From NCBI GenBank assembly GCA_046583315.1, contig JAYGCN010000330.1:1-19745 (forward strand): a DNA stretch of 19,745 nucleotides. Direction: 5' to 3'. The notes beneath the pieces were generated by a model that was not told the DNA's origin, ran no database searches, and saw nothing but the letters and a program-made list of their open reading frames with translations. Both the position numbers and the translations under genes were made by a program. Of this stretch, positions 1 to 8,377 are shown piece after piece. The stretch comes from Candidatus Hydrogenedentota bacterium. Lineage in GTDB: Bacteria > Hydrogenedentota > Hydrogenedentia > Hydrogenedentales > GCA-2746185. Within the stretch, counting starts at the first letter, position 1. Each line of letters begins with the position of its first letter.

Positions 1-180
1 ATCCACGTCTTCCACGGAACCGATGACCCCCTTGTGCCCTTCGCTTACGCCGAACACCTTGCCGCAAACGTCCCCCACTGCGAACTCCACATCCTTCAAG
101 GTCAGGGCCACCTCTTCCCCATCGAACACCAGGCATTGATATTCGAAACTGCCCTCGAAGAAATTCCTGCCTCACCCTGA
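1..180 (+). CDS. Alpha/beta-hydrolase fold protein, C-terminal fragment (5' end outside window)
   Basis: Frame +1 translated by hand (not in ORF track): IHVFHGTDDPLVPFAYAEHLAANVPHCELHILQGQGHLFPIEHQALIFETALEEIPASP*. It has the HGxxDxxVP (catalytic Asp) and G-H (catalytic His) motifs; stop TGA at 178-180. Confidence 0.85.
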   Translation: MHVFHGTDDPLVPFAYAEHLAANVPHCELHILQGQGHLFPIEHQALIFETALEEIPASP

Positions 181-217
181 CACGACTCTAGCTGAAATCA
201 TCACCCACGACCTGAAT

Positions 218-1294
218 CTATACGGTAACTTCCTTAATGCGCCCTGCCCAATCGACCTGTCCCCCGCCTTTCTGTTCAGCCATTGCCAGATACTCAGGAT
301 AGTCCGTCCCGCGATGCAGGCAATGCTCGAAAGCCCACGCGTCCATCGCCACTGGATCAAGTCCCGCCAAAACAACGTCTCCATCTTTCACGAAGGAAAT
401 ATCCCCGCCCGTAGGCCCCATTTCCGCCAAGACGCGCGTGCCATCGATAATGCTCAGCGTTGGTTTCATCATCAACGCGAGATCAGAGAGTAGGTTGTGA
501 ATATCGTCGTGAAACTGGTTGCGCGTGCCTCCAAGCAAACCCATCCAATTTTTGATGCTGATGGACGCGCCACAAAGATTGTGATCCTTCACGGGGCACA
601 ACCCGATCACTTTATCAACATGCTTAAAAGGTGTGGCAAAGAAGGGCCAATACTCGATCAAACTCGCCCCGGGCGTATTCAAAACCCGAAACGATTGTTC
701 CGTCGGCAAATGCACGCGACCACCCGCAGAAATCGTTGCGGGGCCAATCCCCGTCTTCCGAAAACAATCGACGGCATTCTCAATCGGATTGTCCGCGACA
801 CGGACTTCCAATGCTTTCGCATCACGATACAGCATACGCACCAATTCACCGACCATCTCTGGATCGGAAGTCGCACCCATATTCGCGGATCGATCAAACG
901 CAACATTCGGTTTGATGAGCACGGTCTCACCGGGTTTCACATAATGTTCGATGCCGCCCACAGCGTCAAGCGCGGCTTTCAATAAATTTCGTTTCTCTTC
1001 AATCGTATAGCGTCCAGGATTCAGCGCCTTTCCGCGTGCAATGCCGATATCCTGCGTCGTACCTTTCGGTTTCTCGACACGAAAATTACCCAAACGAAAC
1101 GGAGTCGGCTCAACAACACTGCGCTTGCCAGATGCGTCTCTAAGCGAAAACGGAGCATCCTCCGGAGCGAAGGCGATATAGCCCGCGCCCACCGTGATCG
1201 CCCCGGCAACCCCAGCCCGACGCATGAACGCACGGCGGTTCATCGGGGCAGATTCATAATCGGGGCTCTGGTCTGGCTTCTCTGTCGGCGCCAT
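218..1294 (-). CDS. DUF362 domain-containing protein with twin-arginine (Tat) signal
   Basis: Motifs V(K)PGETVLIKPN, T-x-P, PVKDH, SIKNWMG, IDG, DPVAMDA. N-terminal NRRAFMRR followed by a hydrophobic stretch. Start moved to the ATG at 1294, which is preceded by AGAGGA; the ORF-track start at 1348 overlaps the upstream gene. Confidence 0.85.
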   Translation of the reverse strand: MAPTEKPDQSPDYESAPMNRRAFMRRAGVAGAITVGAGYIAFAPEDAPFSLRDASGKRSVVEPTPFRLGNFRVEKPKGTTQDIGIARGKALNPGRYTIEEKRNLLKAALDAVGGIEHYVKPGETVLIKPNVAFDRSANMGATSDPEMVGELVRMLYRDAKALEVRVADNPIENAVDCFRKTGIGPATISAGGRVHLPTEQSFRVLNTPGASLIEYWPFFATPFKHVDKVIGLCPVKDHNLCGASISIKNWMGLLGGTRNQFHDDIHNLLSDLALMMKPTLSIIDGTRVLAEMGPTGGDISFVKDGDVVLAGLDPVAMDAWAFEHCLHRGTDYPEYLAMAEQKGGGQVDWAGRIKEVTV

Positions 1295-1316
1295 GCTAAC
1301 TATCCTCTCTATTCGA

Positions 1317-2060
1317 TCACGACCCCGGCGTCGCACCCAGGATTTCAAGAAAATGCTCTACCCTGCCCGTCAATTCTGCAATCTTTTCGGCAAGCGTTGC
1401 GCGTTCCATTTTGCGCGCGTCACGCGTCAGTTCTTTCAAAAGCAGCGTGCCATCGGAACGGGTCGAAGCGAGATCGCCCATATAATAAATGTCGATTCGA
1501 TATACGATCTTGTCAATGCGCGTGTCCGTAACCACTTTCCATCGTTTCTGTGCAAGAAGCAAACCCGTCTCGACAACATCCAATTCCTTCGGACTCAATG
1601 GCGTGCCCAGGTCTCGGGAAACCGTCCGAACCACCTCGTCGAGAGCCGTTTCAGTGGAGGTAACAAAGTCCAAAAAGTAGGAAATGCCCTCTTTCTCGCG
1701 CAATTCGGCAAAGGCATGCCGTATCTCGTCGAGTGTCGCATAAGCGCGTTCAAAATCCCTTGCCGCGACAAATTCTTTCGATTCACTTACAAGAAGATCA
1801 ATACCTTCAAAGCCGGATCGCCACTCCGAACTCACCTCGCTCCCCCAAGTCGACTGAAACGTGCCCCAGGATTCGTCCAATTGTTCAACAGCCTCTTCCG
1901 CACGCGCCGCATCACCCTTTCTGACAGCCATGAGTGCAGGAATATACGCCTTGTCCAAAACAACCATGTCCTTGACGAGCGCAACATCCGTGGACCAGTC
2001 AGCGGCCACGGCGAGTGGGCTTATCGCGATACTTATCATGAGAGCGCGCAGAAAATTCAT
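1317..2060 (-). CDS. Hypothetical secreted, predicted all-alpha-helical protein
   Basis: 247 aa; Sec-type signal peptide (MNFLRALMISIAISPLAVAA), SD GAGGAA upstream, 22-nt gaps to both neighbours; no family recognised. Confidence 0.75.
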   Translation of the reverse strand: MNFLRALMISIAISPLAVAADWSTDVALVKDMVVLDKAYIPALMAVRKGDAARAEEAVEQLDESWGTFQSTWGSEVSSEWRSGFEGIDLLVSESKEFVAARDFERAYATLDEIRHAFAELREKEGISYFLDFVTSTETALDEVVRTVSRDLGTPLSPKELDVVETGLLLAQKRWKVVTDTRIDKIVYRIDIYYMGDLASTRSDGTLLLKELTRDARKMERATLAEKIAELTGRVEHFLEILGATPGS

Positions 2061-2082
2061 GATGGTTTCCTCTGATGGCCTT

Positions 2083-3315
2083 CTAAACCGGCTCCGGCTT
2101 CAATTCAGGCCCGTTCGCAGGCAAGTCCAGTTGTGGATCGAGTCGTTCGCCGCGTTTGACCATCTCATCCCAAGTCACCGTGCGCCCTTCATAGGCCGCC
2201 ATGCGACCTAGAATCGCCGCCATCGTACTGTCCGCGCTCTCCTGCGTATTGTTCAGATAGTCGCCGCTCATGATGCTGGCATGGAAGTCTTTGATGTTCT
2301 CAATCGCGCCCTCACCATAAATATTGCCCGTCTTCGCAGGCTGAATATTCTTCGACTTCGCCTTCAGTGAACACTCCCCAAAATAGTGTGTGTCCGCCGT
2401 GCCTTCCGTTCCAAATAACCGGCAACAAATATCGCTCCACCCGGTCAAGAATTGGGTGGCACCGTAATCAATCTGCACCTCATTCGGATAGGTGTAGTTC
2501 ACGAGGAAGTGATCCCAGCAATCCCCCACATCCGTACGCGCCTTGCGTCCGCCCATCCCCTGGGCCGATACCGGGTGATCCTTGAGCATCCAATTCGCTA
2601 CGTCTATCGCGTGAATACTCTGCTCAACAATAATATCTCCGGACAGCGCGATATCGAAAAACCAGTTCCGCAGTTTCGCGACATCCGTCCCCGCTTTCGT
2701 GCGTAACCCGAGACGACTCGCATGAAACCAGCCTTGCCCGCAAACCGGCTCACCGATCGCGCCGGCATGCACCGCTTCAACCACGGCCTGATGCGGAGCG
2801 TTCTTCCGCGTCTGGAAATCCGCCAATATTGACAGCTTGCCGCCATGTTTGTTCGCCGCATCAACGATATCCTGACACCCCGGCGCGTCCACGGCAATCG
2901 GTTTCGCCAGATACACATGTTTCCCCGCTTCGAGTGCCGCAATCGCCTGTGTCGGATGAAAATAGGCAGGACTGATGACCGCAACCGCGTCCAGCTCTTG
3001 CTCCAATAACTCCTTGTAACCATCCAGTCCAACAAATCGGCCCGACTCCGGCACCTTCAATCGAGCGCCCGCTCCATCCGTGCGATCCCGAAAATAATCA
3101 TGTACCGCCACGCATTTACTATTCGTTTCCTGTTGGAAAAAGTTCGCGATCCACGGTCCCCTACTCCCGCAACCCAGCAACCCGAACTGCAACGCCGAAT
3201 TCGCCTCCGTCCCAAGAGCGATTTTCGGACTCGTAATCATAAACGCGGAGGCCGCTGCTGCTGTGCCAGCCGCACCCAGAAATTTTCGACGCGATACGGA
3301 AGATTCTTCACTCAT
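2083..3315 (-). CDS. Gfo/Idh/MocA family oxidoreductase, Tat-exported
   Basis: SRRKFLG Tat motif, Rossmann GLLGCGSRG, GKHVYLAKP, EQSIHAIDVANW. Start at ATG 3315 with SD AGGAG; the ORF-track start at 3432 overlaps the upstream gene. Confidence 0.92.
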   Translation of the reverse strand: MSEESSVSRRKFLGAAGTAAAASAFMITSPKIALGTEANSALQFGLLGCGSRGPWIANFFQQETNSKCVAVHDYFRDRTDGAGARLKVPESGRFVGLDGYKELLEQELDAVAVISPAYFHPTQAIAALEAGKHVYLAKPIAVDAPGCQDIVDAANKHGGKLSILADFQTRKNAPHQAVVEAVHAGAIGEPVCGQGWFHASRLGLRTKAGTDVAKLRNWFFDIALSGDIIVEQSIHAIDVANWMLKDHPVSAQGMGGRKARTDVGDCWDHFLVNYTYPNEVQIDYGATQFLTGWSDICCRLFGTEGTADTHYFGECSLKAKSKNIQPAKTGNIYGEGAIENIKDFHASIMSGDYLNNTQESADSTMAAILGRMAAYEGRTVTWDEMVKRGERLDPQLDLPANGPELKPEPV

Positions 3316-3337
3316 TTTGTTTCTCCTGATGGTAGCA

Positions 3338-4441
3338 CTAAATTTGTTCCGGCACTTTGGGCGCGCCGCCATCCCCGGCACTCGCCAAGGCGGCGTAACA
3401 CACGGCCAACGACCGCAAATTCCCGCGCGCATTGTTATAAGGCTGTCTGCCCTCTTCTATCGCGCACAATAACTCACCCATCGTACCCTGAAATCCATTC
3501 GTAAACCAATCCCCCGCCAACTCCGGTGTAGCATGCCCCTCCGCTGTGTACAGCGTCACCGTCTGCTCCGTCAAACTCGGCCCACTACTGCGCAGAGTAC
3601 CCTTCTCTCCACACACCACCGTCGTATCTTGCTGCCCGAACTCGGTATCTCCATTAAAACTCAGCGTGGCCTGCCCCTCATCAAACTGAATCATTACCTG
3701 GCTCAATAAGGGAGCATGATTCGTCTGATACGGTGTGCACGAACCCGATGCCGACACAGATACAACATCCTGCCCAGCAAAAAAAACACAACACATATCG
3801 AACCAATGTATCGCGAAATCAAAGAGAATCAAATCCTCCATCTCATCGAACGGCGTACCCTTCACCCAACGATGATCCCACTGCATCGAAATCGATACCC
3901 CTCCCACGCGCCCGATCAATCCCGCCTCAATCGCCTTGTGCATATAGCTGAAATGAGGTGCCCACCGCCCATTCTGATTCACCGCGAGCAACTCTCCCCG
4001 TTCCTGAGAGATATCAGCAAGGCGTTTGCCATCCGCAAGATTCAGCACGAACGGCTTCTGACTCAATACATGTTTACCCGCGAGCAGTGCCGCCTCCACA
4101 ATGTCCACCCGGACATCTGCATGCGTCGTTACATCCACGACCTCGATGTCATCATTGGCGAGTACTTCCGCATAGTCTGTGGTCACCTCGGCGTCGGGAT
4201 AAAATTCGTCCCGTCGCGAAGTCGCCGCCTCTTCATTCACATCGCACACCATCAACACGTCCAGGCCCATCTCGCGATACGCCCGAAGATGATACTCGCT
4301 GATGCCCCCGCACCCGATAAGCCCAATCTTCGGAAAATGCAGCTTAGGTTTCGGCGGCAGATAGTCCAACGCCGGCGCGTCGAACTCCTCCGACGCACCC
4401 GCCCCGCTCAATCCGTATCCAGAAGATTCATCGTCACTCAT
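3338..4441 (-). CDS. Gfo/Idh/MocA family oxidoreductase (QKP variant), cytoplasmic
   Basis: IGLIGCGGIS, GKHVLSQKPF, NQNGRW, DFAIHWFD. Start ATG 4441 (or GTG 4444) after SD GAGGTG. Confidence 0.92.
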   Translation of the reverse strand: MSDDESSGYGLSGAGASEEFDAPALDYLPPKPKLHFPKIGLIGCGGISEYHLRAYREMGLDVLMVCDVNEEAATSRRDEFYPDAEVTTDYAEVLANDDIEVVDVTTHADVRVDIVEAALLAGKHVLSQKPFVLNLADGKRLADISQERGELLAVNQNGRWAPHFSYMHKAIEAGLIGRVGGVSISMQWDHRWVKGTPFDEMEDLILFDFAIHWFDMCCVFFAGQDVVSVSASGSCTPYQTNHAPLLSQVMIQFDEGQATLSFNGDTEFGQQDTTVVCGEKGTLRSSGPSLTEQTVTLYTAEGHATPELAGDWFTNGFQGTMGELLCAIEEGRQPYNNARGNLRSLAVCYAALASAGDGGAPKVPEQI

Positions 4442-4467
4442 CACGCACCTCGCTCATCACGCACCTC
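4437..4467. repeat. Perfect 15-bp direct repeat with 16-bp period spanning a stop/start junction
   Basis: ctcatcacgcacctc at 4437-4451 and 4453-4467; the minus strand reads GAGGTGCGTGATGAG-C-GAGGTGCGTGATGAG. Confidence 0.9.
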
Positions 4468-5539
4468 CAACCAGCGGCAGCGTCCGCTTTTCCTGCGCAC
4501 TCAAGAATGCCGTGTCCACAATCTGCTGACCAATTCGGCAAATCTCCGTCGACAGCGGCCCTGCAATCGCCAGATCATTCTCAATACAATGCACCATGTA
4601 CTGAATCGCATTCCTAAACGGCGCATTCAACGTGTCCACGGCCAAATCTTCCCCTTCAGGACTCGATTCACTCTGCACCCGAATCGTCTCCGCATAATCA
4701 TAACTGCTAATCGTGCCCTCGCTACCCACGATCACAAACCCGCACTTCGGCTGCGGCTGGTGGGTCCACGGATCCGTAAACGTACCCCACCGCGTCTCAA
4801 ACTTCGACAACCCATGCGCATACCGGGCGACCGAAATGCTGTGCTCATCCACTTCCAGCCCCTCCGGCGCATACGTCATCGAAGTCACCTCAATCGGCGC
4901 ACGACCACCCTGATACCACGTTCCCAGCGTCGTACCATAACCCATATAATCCAACAGCGATCCCCCGCCCAGTTCCTTCTTATAAAACCAGCTGTCCGCT
5001 TTACCCGCTTCCACGTCTTCGCGAGTCACCTCAATTTTATCCGCGACATGCCACAACGGTCCGCGGTTCCCGTCATAAAAATGAACTTCCAATACATCAC
5101 CAATCCGCCCCTCGTCAATCAACCGTTTTGCCGTCACATGTGGCGGATACCACGCCAGCGGCCAGTTAATGGCCAACCGTTGCCCCTCACCCATCGCCGC
5201 AGCAATCCGATCCGCATCCGCCAGACTCGACGCATACGGTTTCTCCAAAATGATATGCGCGCCCGACGACGCAACAGCTTCAACCACCTCAGCATGCCGT
5301 CCCGTAGACGGACACAACATCACGATATCCGGCTGCGTCTTATCCAGACACTCCTGAATATCCGTGAACACCGCCTCATCTGCAATCCCAAAATTCTCAA
5401 TAGACACACCCATCCGTTCACGCGATTCATCGCAGATACCCACAATATCCACATCCGGATGCTTGAACGCCACGCGCAAATTATCCCCCATATGCATGTG
5501 GTCAAAATCTATACCCACCAATTTCCAACGCTTTGACAT
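4457..5539 (-). CDS. Gfo/Idh/MocA family oxidoreductase, cytoplasmic
   Basis: GIDFDHMH N-terminus, HIILEKP, GGGSLLDYMGYG, GSEGTI; SD GGGGAG upstream. Confidence 0.92.
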   Translation of the reverse strand: MSKRWKLVGIDFDHMHMGDNLRVAFKHPDVDIVGICDESRERMGVSIENFGIADEAVFTDIQECLDKTQPDIVMLCPSTGRHAEVVEAVASSGAHIILEKPYASSLADADRIAAAMGEGQRLAINWPLAWYPPHVTAKRLIDEGRIGDVLEVHFYDGNRGPLWHVADKIEVTREDVEAGKADSWFYKKELGGGSLLDYMGYGTTLGTWYQGGRAPIEVTSMTYAPEGLEVDEHSISVARYAHGLSKFETRWGTFTDPWTHQPQPKCGFVIVGSEGTISSYDYAETIRVQSESSPEGEDLAVDTLNAPFRNAIQYMVHCIENDLAIAGPLSTEICRIGQQIVDTAFLSAQEKRTLPLVGGA

Positions 5540-5608
5540 ATTCCAAAACTCCCCTACAGCATTTGTAAACCTCCATACTCCAACATTCTAGACGAAAAAT
5601 CAACATAC

Positions 5609-5648
5609 GTCCGCGTCAATCTGTGTTTATCCGTGTTCATCTGTGGTT
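5609..5648. repeat. Four degenerate 10-bp tandem units in a divergent intergenic region
   Basis: gtccgcgtca|atctgtgttt|atccgtgttc|atctgtggtt. Confidence 0.8.
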
Positions 5649-5698
5649 AATCAGCCCCTAGAAACGCTATACTCGAAAGCCAACAAAAGGGACTCGAT

Positions 5699-6634
5699 AT
5701 GAAACGTCTATTAGCTTCATTGCTCATTGCCGCATCGGCCACAGTGGCATACGCCGCCCCGCACCCCGCCCCCACCGCCGAAGCAAACGGCTGGACCCTG
5801 GGCGTGCAGGCCTTCTCCTTCTACACGGTCACCTTCTTCGAAGCCGTCGACCACATTTCCGCCCTCGGACTCCATCACGTCGAGGCCATACCCTTCGGCC
5901 GACTGAGTCCCGAACATAAAAACATCGTCACTGACCACAACATGCCCGCCGATTACCGCGCGATCATGAAAAAGAAACTCGCCGAAGTCGACGTAACGCT
6001 CAGTAGCTACGGTGTCGTCCCCCTGCCCAACGACGAGGCCGAATGCCGCAAGGTTTTCGAGTTCGCCAAAGACATGGGCATCACCACCATCGTCTCCGAA
6101 CCGCCCCCCGAAGCCATCGACCTCATTGCGAAACTCTGCGACGAATACGAAATAGACGTCGCCATCCACAACCATCCGATCCCTTCCGCCTATTGGGATC
6201 CGCAAACGGTATACGACGCGGTGAACGGAAAAACGAAACGTCTCGGCGCATGCGGCGACACCTCCCACTGGCAACGCTCTGGCCTCGATGTCGTCGCTAG
6301 TCTAAAACTGCTTGAAGGCCGTTTGAAAACCTTCCACTTCGGTGAAGTAGACGGAGATAAAGCAGCCGAATTCGCCACAAAACGCGAAGGCCTCGCGCTC
6401 GACGACAAAAAATTTCCCAGCATGATCATGCACGTGCAGGCAATCCCCAACGTCGTCTACGGAACCGGCCCCGCCGACATGAAAGCATGGCTCACCGAAA
6501 TTAAACGCCAGAATATCCGCGCCAAATTCTCCCTCGAAGCCTTCTTCGATCGCCCACCCGATGAAGCGCAAGTCATGATGGAAAAATCCATTCGCCATTT
6601 CGAAGCCATCACCAAAGAACTCCACGGAAAATAG
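5699..6634 (+). CDS. Sugar phosphate isomerase/epimerase (xylose-isomerase-like TIM barrel), secreted
   Basis: Sec signal MKRLLASLLIAASATVAYA; motifs LGVQAFSF, SEP, IHNHP, DTSHW, FSLE; SD AAGGGA. Confidence 0.88.
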   Translation: MKRLLASLLIAASATVAYAAPHPAPTAEANGWTLGVQAFSFYTVTFFEAVDHISALGLHHVEAIPFGRLSPEHKNIVTDHNMPADYRAIMKKKLAEVDVTLSSYGVVPLPNDEAECRKVFEFAKDMGITTIVSEPPPEAIDLIAKLCDEYEIDVAIHNHPIPSAYWDPQTVYDAVNGKTKRLGACGDTSHWQRSGLDVVASLKLLEGRLKTFHFGEVDGDKAAEFATKREGLALDDKKFPSMIMHVQAIPNVVYGTGPADMKAWLTEIKRQNIRAKFSLEAFFDRPPDEAQVMMEKSIRHFEAITKELHGK

Positions 6635-6638
6635 TCCC

Positions 6639-7460
6639 ATGACCTACAGAGTTTCCAATGAAGAAGTTAAAACCTTTCATCAAGATGGCTACCTACTCGT
6701 GCCAAATCTCTTCGACGATGAAGAGGTAAACATTCTATTGACGACCGCACGCGCCGATGCCGCCATGCTGGACCACGCCCGCGATATCAAAGACGCGTCA
6801 GGCAAAAAAAGCAAGCTCGCACTTTGGAATCATCCCGGCGACGACGTGTTCGGACTGGTCGGTCGCTGCCACCGCGTCGTGGATACCGCCGAAGCCCTGC
6901 TCGACGACGAAGTCTACCATTACCACTCCAAACTCAGCATCAAGGAACCCCACGTCGGCGGCGCCTGGGAATGGCACCAGGATTACGGCTACTGGTACAA
7001 CTTCGGATGCCTCTTCCCCGACATGCTCAGCTGCATGGTCGCCCTCGACCCCGCCACCTGCGAAAACGGCTGCATGCAAGTGCTCAAAGGCTCTCACAAA
7101 GCAGGACGCATCGAACACGGTGTGGAAGGCGAACAATCCGGCGCGGATAAATCCCGTGTTGCCGAATTAGAGAAGGTATTGGAGCTCGTTTACTGTGAAA
7201 TGAGTCCCGGTGACGCCCTGTTTTTCCACGGCAACACCCTACACTGTTCCGCACCCAACGAAAGCGACGATCCGCGCTGGGTCCTCATCAGCTGCTACAA
7301 CGCTCGCTCAAACAATCCCACCAAAGACGACCAGCATCCCAAATACACGCCTATCGACGAAGTAGACGACGATGCCATCAAAGCCCACGGCATCCAATCC
7401 AGCGACACCTCGCAGCAGTACATGGAAACCAAATTACACGACAAGAGTACAACGGACTAG
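6639..7460 (+). CDS. Phytanoyl-CoA dioxygenase (PhyH) family Fe(II)/2-oxoglutarate dioxygenase
   Basis: F...GY, WHQD (HxD), ALDPATCENGC.QV..GSH, PGDALFFHGNTLHCSAPN.S..PR; starts 4 nt after the previous stop. Confidence 0.93.
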   Translation: MTYRVSNEEVKTFHQDGYLLVPNLFDDEEVNILLTTARADAAMLDHARDIKDASGKKSKLALWNHPGDDVFGLVGRCHRVVDTAEALLDDEVYHYHSKLSIKEPHVGGAWEWHQDYGYWYNFGCLFPDMLSCMVALDPATCENGCMQVLKGSHKAGRIEHGVEGEQSGADKSRVAELEKVLELVYCEMSPGDALFFHGNTLHCSAPNESDDPRWVLISCYNARSNNPTKDDQHPKYTPIDEVDDDAIKAHGIQSSDTSQQYMETKLHDKSTTD

Positions 7461-7466
7461 GACTAC

Positions 7467-8288
7467 TCAACTCCCCGTAAAGGTCGGTTCGCGTTTTTCC
7501 ATGAAGGCCGTCACCGCTTCCTTCACGTCGTTGGACTTCAGGAAGCCGGAATTCCACAGGGCGATGAATTCGAGACCGTCACGCAAATTGTGATCGTCCG
7601 AATAATTCAGAACCTCTTTCGTGCCCTGTACCGCCAGTGGTGAGAACGATGCAATTTCCGCAGCCAATTCACGCGCCCGCGCCAGCATTGCATCCTTATC
7701 ATCGAAAACATCATTGACCAGACCGCTACTCAACGCCCGATCAGACGGCAACTTGCATCCGGTAAACGCCATCTCCCGCGCGATGCCTTTACTTACAACA
7801 TTCGTGATGCGTTGCAATGTCCCAACATCCGCAACGATCGCGATCTTTGTCTCATGAATCGAAAACGTCGCTTCCTTGGTACACAGACGGAAGTCGCACG
7901 CTGTCGTGAGGTCAACTCCCCCACCGATGCAATGCCCGTGGACGGCGGCAATCACCGGCTTGCGGCATTTTTCAGCGGCACTGATGCAGTCCTGAAGGTG
8001 CAAGACGTGTTTGTAAAACTCGTAGTTCTTCGTTGCGGGGGCTTCTTCTGATGGTGGCGAAAGTAGACTCGTAGACGCAAACAGATCCAGTCCCGCCGTA
8101 AAATGACGCCCCTCTGCCCACAGAATCGCGCAACGAATTTCCGGGTCCTCATCGATTTCCTCAAAGACCCGTTTAATCTCCTCAAAAAATATCGGGGCCA
8201 TCGCGTTCAGTTTCGCCGGGTTGTCCAACACCACTTCCGCCACATGCCCCACGCGATCCAATCGAATTACCGTATAGTCATCACTCAT
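7467..8288 (-). CDS. Crotonase/enoyl-CoA hydratase family, delta(3,5)-delta(2,4)-dienoyl-CoA isomerase (ECH1)-like
   Basis: FTAGLDL, KPVIAAVHGHCIGGGVDL..ACD.R, ET...I.ADVGTLQR (Glu/Asp pair typical of the ECH1/Dci subgroup), SPLAVQGTK; SD AAGGAG. Confidence 0.9.
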   Translation of the reverse strand: MSDDYTVIRLDRVGHVAEVVLDNPAKLNAMAPIFFEEIKRVFEEIDEDPEIRCAILWAEGRHFTAGLDLFASTSLLSPPSEEAPATKNYEFYKHVLHLQDCISAAEKCRKPVIAAVHGHCIGGGVDLTTACDFRLCTKEATFSIHETKIAIVADVGTLQRITNVVSKGIAREMAFTGCKLPSDRALSSGLVNDVFDDKDAMLARARELAAEIASFSPLAVQGTKEVLNYSDDHNLRDGLEFIALWNSGFLKSNDVKEAVTAFMEKREPTFTGS

Positions 8289-8361
8289 TTTAGGACTCCT
8301 TGAGAATTACTCGATAAACAGAATCGACATCATACAACCTTTTATTAAACCAACGCGAATT

Positions 8362-8370
8362 TGATACTCT
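8362..8370 (+). promoter_or_regulatory. Putative extended -10 element of the glpD-like operon (possibly leaderless)
   Basis: TGaTACTCT matches TGnTAnnnT and ends 7 nt before ATG 8378; no SD sequence upstream. Confidence 0.35.
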
Positions 8371-8377
8371 AACCGCT

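Noticed and set aside
1293..2075. 260-aa + strand ORF opposite the hypothetical secreted protein
   Set aside because: Shadow ORF; the minus-strand ORF has a signal peptide, an SD and fits the operon spacing.
3716..5536. 606-aa + strand ORF antisense to two Gfo/Idh/MocA genes
   Set aside because: Arg/His/Pro-rich with no motifs; it mirrors the codon frame of the real genes and is explained by codon bias and strand skew.
5609..5648. CRISPR array or terminator
   Set aside because: Units are 10 bp, contiguous and without spacers; there is no hairpin/U-tract and no cas gene.
6639..7460. Ectoine hydroxylase (ectD) call
   Set aside because: It has WHQDYGYW rather than the EctD signature WHSDFETWH, and there are no ectABC genes.
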